Source of the DNA: Eubacteriales bacterium
GTDB lineage: Bacteria; Bacillota; Desulfotomaculia; Desulfotomaculales; Nap2-2B
Assembly: GCA_041653135.1 (NCBI GenBank)
Contig: JBAZGB010000001.1
Span: 23,999 to 87,998 of the forward strand
Length of the DNA stretch: 64,000 nt
Direction of reading: 5' to 3'
The translations under genes and the position numbers were made by a program. Each line of letters begins with the position of its first letter. Positions within the stretch are counted from its first letter, which is position 1. Positions 60,299 through 64,000 of the stretch are shown here, piece by piece. The notes below the pieces were generated by a model. The model searched no databases. It worked only from the letters and a program-made list of their open reading frames with translations, and was not told the origin of the DNA.

Positions 60299-60378
60299 TC
60301 CTGAAGGTGTCCGATGACCACCAGCAAAATTCCGATTCCTTTGGCAACATCCAGGCTGTTGTCCCTTGCTTCTTTCAT
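60299..60378 (-). pseudogene. 5' remnant (about 27 codons) of an acyltransferase-3 family gene
   Basis: Hand translation from ATG 60376-60378 gives MKEARDNSLDVAKGIGILLVVIGHLQD.... This matches the acyltransferase_3 N-terminal pattern (D-x-AKGIGI-LLVV-x-GH). The frame then runs into the repeat element. Confidence 0.6.
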
Positions 60379-60468
60379 TTAACAATCCCTGTTCAGCTTC
60401 TCTATACACTCTACAACTGTCTTAACAAGAATAAAATCTTCAGGCGGATCCCTGAGATCGGCTTGTAA

Positions 60469-60510
60469 CTAAAAAATAAAAGCGCCGCTTTTGATCTTAA
60501 TACGGCGCTT
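60469..60510 (-). terminator. intrinsic terminator downstream of the transporter gene
   Basis: Minus strand reads AAGCGCCG - 15 nt loop - CGGCGCTT followed by TTATTTTTT. Confidence 0.7.
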
Positions 60511-60535
60511 TATTCTTCTAACTTAGCTAAGAATT

Positions 60536-61951
60536 CTATGAGTTTCTTTTGACAGAGCTTTTTTCACTAATTGCTGAAATTGCTGATTTGCTCAAGGAAT
60601 TATTTATTGGAATTGTAATCAGCGCAAGGACAACACCTACCGCCAGGGTACCCAGTATGGAAACTAACCCGTGATAGTGGTACCAGAAGAGCATATAACA
60701 CATAGATAAGACTATGGAGACAAGCATTGCCGGAAAGGCTACTTTCATATAACTGATAAAAGTGATGGGGAAGCCTCTTTTTTCCGCCATCCCGACTACC
60801 ACCACATTGGCCGAGGCGCCGATAATCGTCCCGTTGCCGCCCAGGCAGGCGCCCAGGGACAATGACCACCATAAAAAGTTTAAGTCGCCCGACATTCCCA
60901 GTTGGCCCATATCCTTAATCAGGGGAATCATCGTAGCGACAAAAGGTATGTTGTCCACGAAAGCCGAGGCAATTGCCGAAACCCATAAGATAAGCATACC
61001 GGCAGGAACCATCAGCCCATGTGTAACGTCAATTGTAAAGCGGGCAATGGCTTCTATGATTCCGACCTTCTCGATGCCCCCGACAACCAAAAACAAACCG
61101 GCAAAGAAGAAAATTACCGGCCATTCAACGGCATGCAGTGCCTGTTCCGGGTCATGCCGGCTGGACAAAAGCAAAAGCAGGCTGGCGCCGCTTAGGGCAA
61201 TAACCGAGGATTCCAGGTGAATGTACTGGTGAATGACAAACCCTAAAATAGTTAAGCTCAGCACAACCAAACACTGCTTGAGTAAGGAAATATCTTTTAA
61301 TTCTTCTTTTTCGTCCATCTTCATTATACCCTTTTGCAGTTCCGGGGTTGTTACCAGGTGTTTCCTGTAGATCAGGATCAGCAGTGTAACAGTAATTACA
61401 TGGACTACTACTATTACAGGCGCCAAATTGAACACAAAATCCATAAACCCGAGGCCGGTCGAGCTGCCGATCATAATATTCGGCGGGTCGCCTATCAAAG
61501 TGGCCGTGCCGCCTATATTGGAGGAAATGATCTCGGCTACCAGGATAGGAATGGGGTTGACCTTCAACTGCCTGGCAATGGCAAAGGTTACCGGTACAAT
61601 CAACAAGACCGTCGTTACATTATCCAAAAAGGCGGAAGCTACAGCCGTGACCAGGGCCAGGGCCATCATGATCTTAACGGGGTTCCCTTTTACCATCTTG
61701 GCCGCTCTTACGGCAAGATATTCAAAGACTCCCGTGTTGCGCGTAATACCAACAATAATCATCATGCCGATTAACAGTCCGATAGTGTTCCAGTCAATAT
61801 ACTCAATAGCGTCTTCAACAGTCAGAACGCCTGAAAGCATCAGTAGACCGGCGCCTATTAAAGCCGCAATCGTGCGGTGGACTTTTTCAGATACGATAAC
61901 CGCGTAGGTAAGCAGGAATATCGCCAGTGCGAAAAAATACATATCTTTCAC
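60536..61951 (-). CDS. ArsB/NhaD-superfamily anion/ion permease
   Basis: Polytopic, GGTATLIGDPPNIMIG motif. Confidence 0.75.
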   Translation of the reverse strand: MKDMYFFALAIFLLTYAVIVSEKVHRTIAALIGAGLLMLSGVLTVEDAIEYIDWNTIGLLIGMMIIVGITRNTGVFEYLAVRAAKMVKGNPVKIMMALALVTAVASAFLDNVTTVLLIVPVTFAIARQLKVNPIPILVAEIISSNIGGTATLIGDPPNIMIGSSTGLGFMDFVFNLAPVIVVVHVITVTLLILIYRKHLVTTPELQKGIMKMDEKEELKDISLLKQCLVVLSLTILGFVIHQYIHLESSVIALSGASLLLLLSSRHDPEQALHAVEWPVIFFFAGLFLVVGGIEKVGIIEAIARFTIDVTHGLMVPAGMLILWVSAIASAFVDNIPFVATMIPLIKDMGQLGMSGDLNFLWWSLSLGACLGGNGTIIGASANVVVVGMAEKRGFPITFISYMKVAFPAMLVSIVLSMCYMLFWYHYHGLVSILGTLAVGVVLALITIPINNSLSKSAISAISEKSSVKRNS

Positions 61952-62059
61952 CTCTTTATCCCTTTGATTTGGATCGTTTAGCGACCCGTTACCAAAGGCT
62001 TAGTGAAGGCCACCGATACTGCCAGTGGCCTTCAGCGCTTGTCCTAAAAACAAAATATT

Positions 62060-63412
62060 TTAATGCATTGCCGGGATTACCCAGATGATGATCAAAACCA
62101 CAAAACATACGGCCAGCGAAAGAAACACATAAGGTGCGCTCCATTTTAAAAATTCACCAAGAGGCACTTTCCGGCCGTCTTCCTTTTCAGCCATGGAAAG
62201 GGCGACATACAGGGCCGGGGCGCCGGCTATGGTCAGATTGCTGCCCAGCGTTCCGGCAAAAAGCAGGGCCCAGTAAAAAGGCCAGGCGGATATCCCGGTG
62301 CTGTGAGCAAAATCCCTGATTATATACAGCATAGCCAGGATATAGGCGTCGTGCTCCACCACACCGACGATCGGCGCCGTCACCCAGTACAGAAGACTTA
62401 CCCCGCCGAGTAAAGAAGCCTTGAAAAACGGAGATAGCCAGTTAGCTACGATCTCAATAATGCCGACGTGCTCCAGCGCTCCTACCAAACAGAATAGTGA
62501 AGAGTAGAAAAATATGGCGTCCCAGGAGATTTCGCCAAGTATTTCTTCAAAGCTGGGGACATCAATATTCCAGGGGCCCTTTAATATTTCGACCAGCAAA
62601 ACAAGAACAACTGCCCCACCAAAGGCTAAAAAGCCCAGGTGCATTCCTGTAAACTGCCGGAAGGCCATTAATAACACCGTGGCCAGGAACATGAAGCAGA
62701 CCAAAAAAGCAAATTTCTTGTTCTTGATTGGATCTTCCGCTCCCGCTTCACGGCCTGGTTCAACCCTTCTGTTTTTGAAAAACTTTTTAAAAATGAAGTA
62801 GAAAGTAGTTACAACAATTAGATAAGTAATTGTAAGTATAATAAAGGATGAAGGCTTGCCTTCCAACCAAAGGAACCCTGAAAATTCAATCCCGGAAACG
62901 CTGTGGAGCAGCTGCGGAGGCAGGTCTCCCAGCAAGAGAGCGGTGCCCATAAAGTTTGCGCACAGCCCGAGGAAAAGAATCGGGGCAAAAGAGGCAAACT
63001 TGAACCTCCGGCTTACCTGCATAAGAACCGGGGCAAACATCAAGATGATGACCACATTGTCTATGAGCATGGAAACAAAACCGGCCAGCGTACCCAGGGC
63101 GACTACGAAAAGGGCCAAATTTCCTTTGGACATTTCCAGCATTTTTTCGGCCATAAACTCTGGGACACCGGTTTTGCCGAAATATGTTGCAATCAGCCAG
63201 ATGCTTAAAAGTATGACAATAACGTTCCAGTCCACCAGGCCGAAGGCGGTCATGTCGCTGATCGCTCCGCTTACTACCAGAGCAACCACGCCGATCACGG
63301 CGCCTACAACACTGCTGATCACCCTGCTGACAACCAACCCGATAGAAATTACAAAGATTATTAAAGTAATGGTTTGGACGTCTGTCAACAATTTTCCCTC
63401 CCTTTTTGACAA
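62060..63412 (-). CDS. ArsB/NhaD-superfamily permease (paralogue of 60536-61951)
   Basis: Polytopic. GTALLLGDLPPQLL and GSNLTIAGAPA motifs parallel those of the neighbouring gene. Confidence 0.7.
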   Translation of the reverse strand: MSKREGKLLTDVQTITLIIFVISIGLVVSRVISSVVGAVIGVVALVVSGAISDMTAFGLVDWNVIVILLSIWLIATYFGKTGVPEFMAEKMLEMSKGNLALFVVALGTLAGFVSMLIDNVVIILMFAPVLMQVSRRFKFASFAPILFLGLCANFMGTALLLGDLPPQLLHSVSGIEFSGFLWLEGKPSSFIILTITYLIVVTTFYFIFKKFFKNRRVEPGREAGAEDPIKNKKFAFLVCFMFLATVLLMAFRQFTGMHLGFLAFGGAVVLVLLVEILKGPWNIDVPSFEEILGEISWDAIFFYSSLFCLVGALEHVGIIEIVANWLSPFFKASLLGGVSLLYWVTAPIVGVVEHDAYILAMLYIIRDFAHSTGISAWPFYWALLFAGTLGSNLTIAGAPALYVALSMAEKEDGRKVPLGEFLKWSAPYVFLSLAVCFVVLIIIWVIPAMH

Positions 63413-63612
63413 ATGCTTTTGTATAAAATTTTTAAAATTTTAACTCCTAAAAATCCTCTCAGCCTTTAAAGAACGATATCTGACAGGCCAAACCAGCCTA
63501 TTTTGTTACGGGCGGCTGCGCCCATGTTGTCAAGGACAGCCGCCCATTTTCAAGTGTCAATGTTAAGCATGAAAGGTTGACCTAATTTTGACGGGCAAGC
63601 TTAATCTTCTTC

Positions 63613-63741
63613 TTCAGCTTTGAAAATCATGGGCAGAATACGCGCCACCCAGCAAAGCAGGTAAAGAGTGACCATCGTCAGGCCCATTCCAAAAATCATC
63701 AATGTGAAACCATACTGCCACTTTGTCAGTTCCATCTCCAT
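63613..63741 (-). CDS. small membrane protein, possibly OadG-like decarboxylase gamma subunit
   Basis: Hand translation gives MEMELTKWQYGFTLMIFGMGLTMVTLYPALLGGAYSAHDFQS. AAAGGAG RBS. Directly downstream of the decarboxylase beta subunit. Below the ORF-track cutoff. Confidence 0.4.
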
Positions 63742-63772
63742 AAATAAAGGAACTCCTTTCCTGAGCAATTAA

Positions 63773-64000
63773 CTAAATATATCCCATTGCGTGAAGGACG
63801 GCCAGCATGATACTGGCTGCAAGAACCGAACCAATCTGTCCTCCCGTGTTGACGCCCATCGCGTGCATGATCAGATAATTGTCTTCATTCTCTTCCTGTC
63901 CTACTCTGTGGGACACACGAGCCGCCATTGGAAATGCGGAAATTCCGGCTGATCCGATCAGCGGATTGATCTTTTCCTTGCAGAACACGTTCATCAGTTT
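63773..64000 (-). CDS. Na+-translocating decarboxylase beta subunit, C-terminal part (gene runs off the right edge)
   Basis: ...[18 protein letters not shown]...[14 protein letters not shown] matches the OadB/GcdB/MmdB C-terminus. Confidence 0.8.
   Translation of the reverse strand, partial: KLMNVFCKEKINPLIGSAGISAFPMAARVSHRVGQEENEDNYLIMHAMGVNTGGQIGSVLAASIMLAVLHAMGYI

Noticed and set aside
60290-60300. On the minus strand both long repeat copies begin with GTGCG, the consensus 5' end of group II introns. The sequences just before it (AGAACCGCG and AGGACAGCG) are similar, like intron-binding sites.
   Set aside because: The shared unit is only about 240 nt. I could not find a domain V (AGC triad, 34-nt hairpin ending ACGGTTC), a domain VI branch site, or any reverse transcriptase ORF. 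In copy 1 the structure clearly continues past this point. UUCG tetraloops and G-U pairs favour the opposite strand as the RNA.
62005-62033. Perfect 9-bp GC-rich hairpin (GAAGGCCAC - 11 nt - GTGGCCTTC) between the two permease genes.
   Set aside because: No U-run on either strand, so it is not a canonical intrinsic terminator. It could be an RNA processing or stability element, but I have no further support.
60600-63443. Many 90-195-aa ORFs antisense to, or out of frame with, the two permease genes (for example 60762-61220, 61334-61774, 61428-61907, 62856-63443).
   Set aside because: These are shadow ORFs of hydrophobic membrane-protein genes. They have no RBS and no recognisable motifs, and they overlap each other.
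63510-63545. Hairpin GGGCGGCTG - 18 nt - CAGCCGCCC followed by ATTTT on the plus strand, upstream of the permease gene.
   Set aside because: The terminator-like orientation is on the plus strand, where no gene ends. On the coding (minus) strand it lacks a U-run. Function is undetermined.

Overview
The window looks like a chromosomal segment of a Gram-positive anaerobe. A Clostridia, Peptococcaceae or Desulfotomaculum-like origin is my inference from gene content and order, not a computed result. Most genes are on the minus strand and are housekeeping: hisG, ndk, alr-nnr-acpS, sdhCAB, pheA, larCB, purA, dnaB-lon-rplI-yybS-rpsR-ssb-rpsF, a PBP, mltG, ruvX, ireB and alaS. The main accessory region is 16.2-23.6 kb. 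It lies between an epimerase gene and a tRNA-Pro(CGG). It holds two Phd/ParE-type toxin-antitoxin cassettes (one toxin truncated), a roughly 574-bp duplicated 3' fragment of the epimerase gene, a decayed serine recombinase, an orphan ABC/AAA_21-type ATPase, and the most interesting item. That item is a tightly coupled three-gene operon at 18623-21364 (minus strand): a CD-NTase/SMODS-like nucleotidyltransferase, an E2/UBC-like protein with a C-terminal SEC-C zinc motif, and a four-TM protein. I read it as a minimal E2-type CBASS-like defence candidate with an unusual E2 architecture. Other items worth a second look: an agr-like quorum locus with a 43-aa AgrD-like ORF missing from the ORF track; a zinc-ribbon ORF and a kinase domain separated by a single in-frame TGA; a GC-rich structured repeat family in three copies; tandemly duplicated Shine-Dalgarno regions upstream of two genes; and non-canonical starts for alr and rpsF. 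All functional calls come from reading motifs by eye. No database or HMM search was possible.
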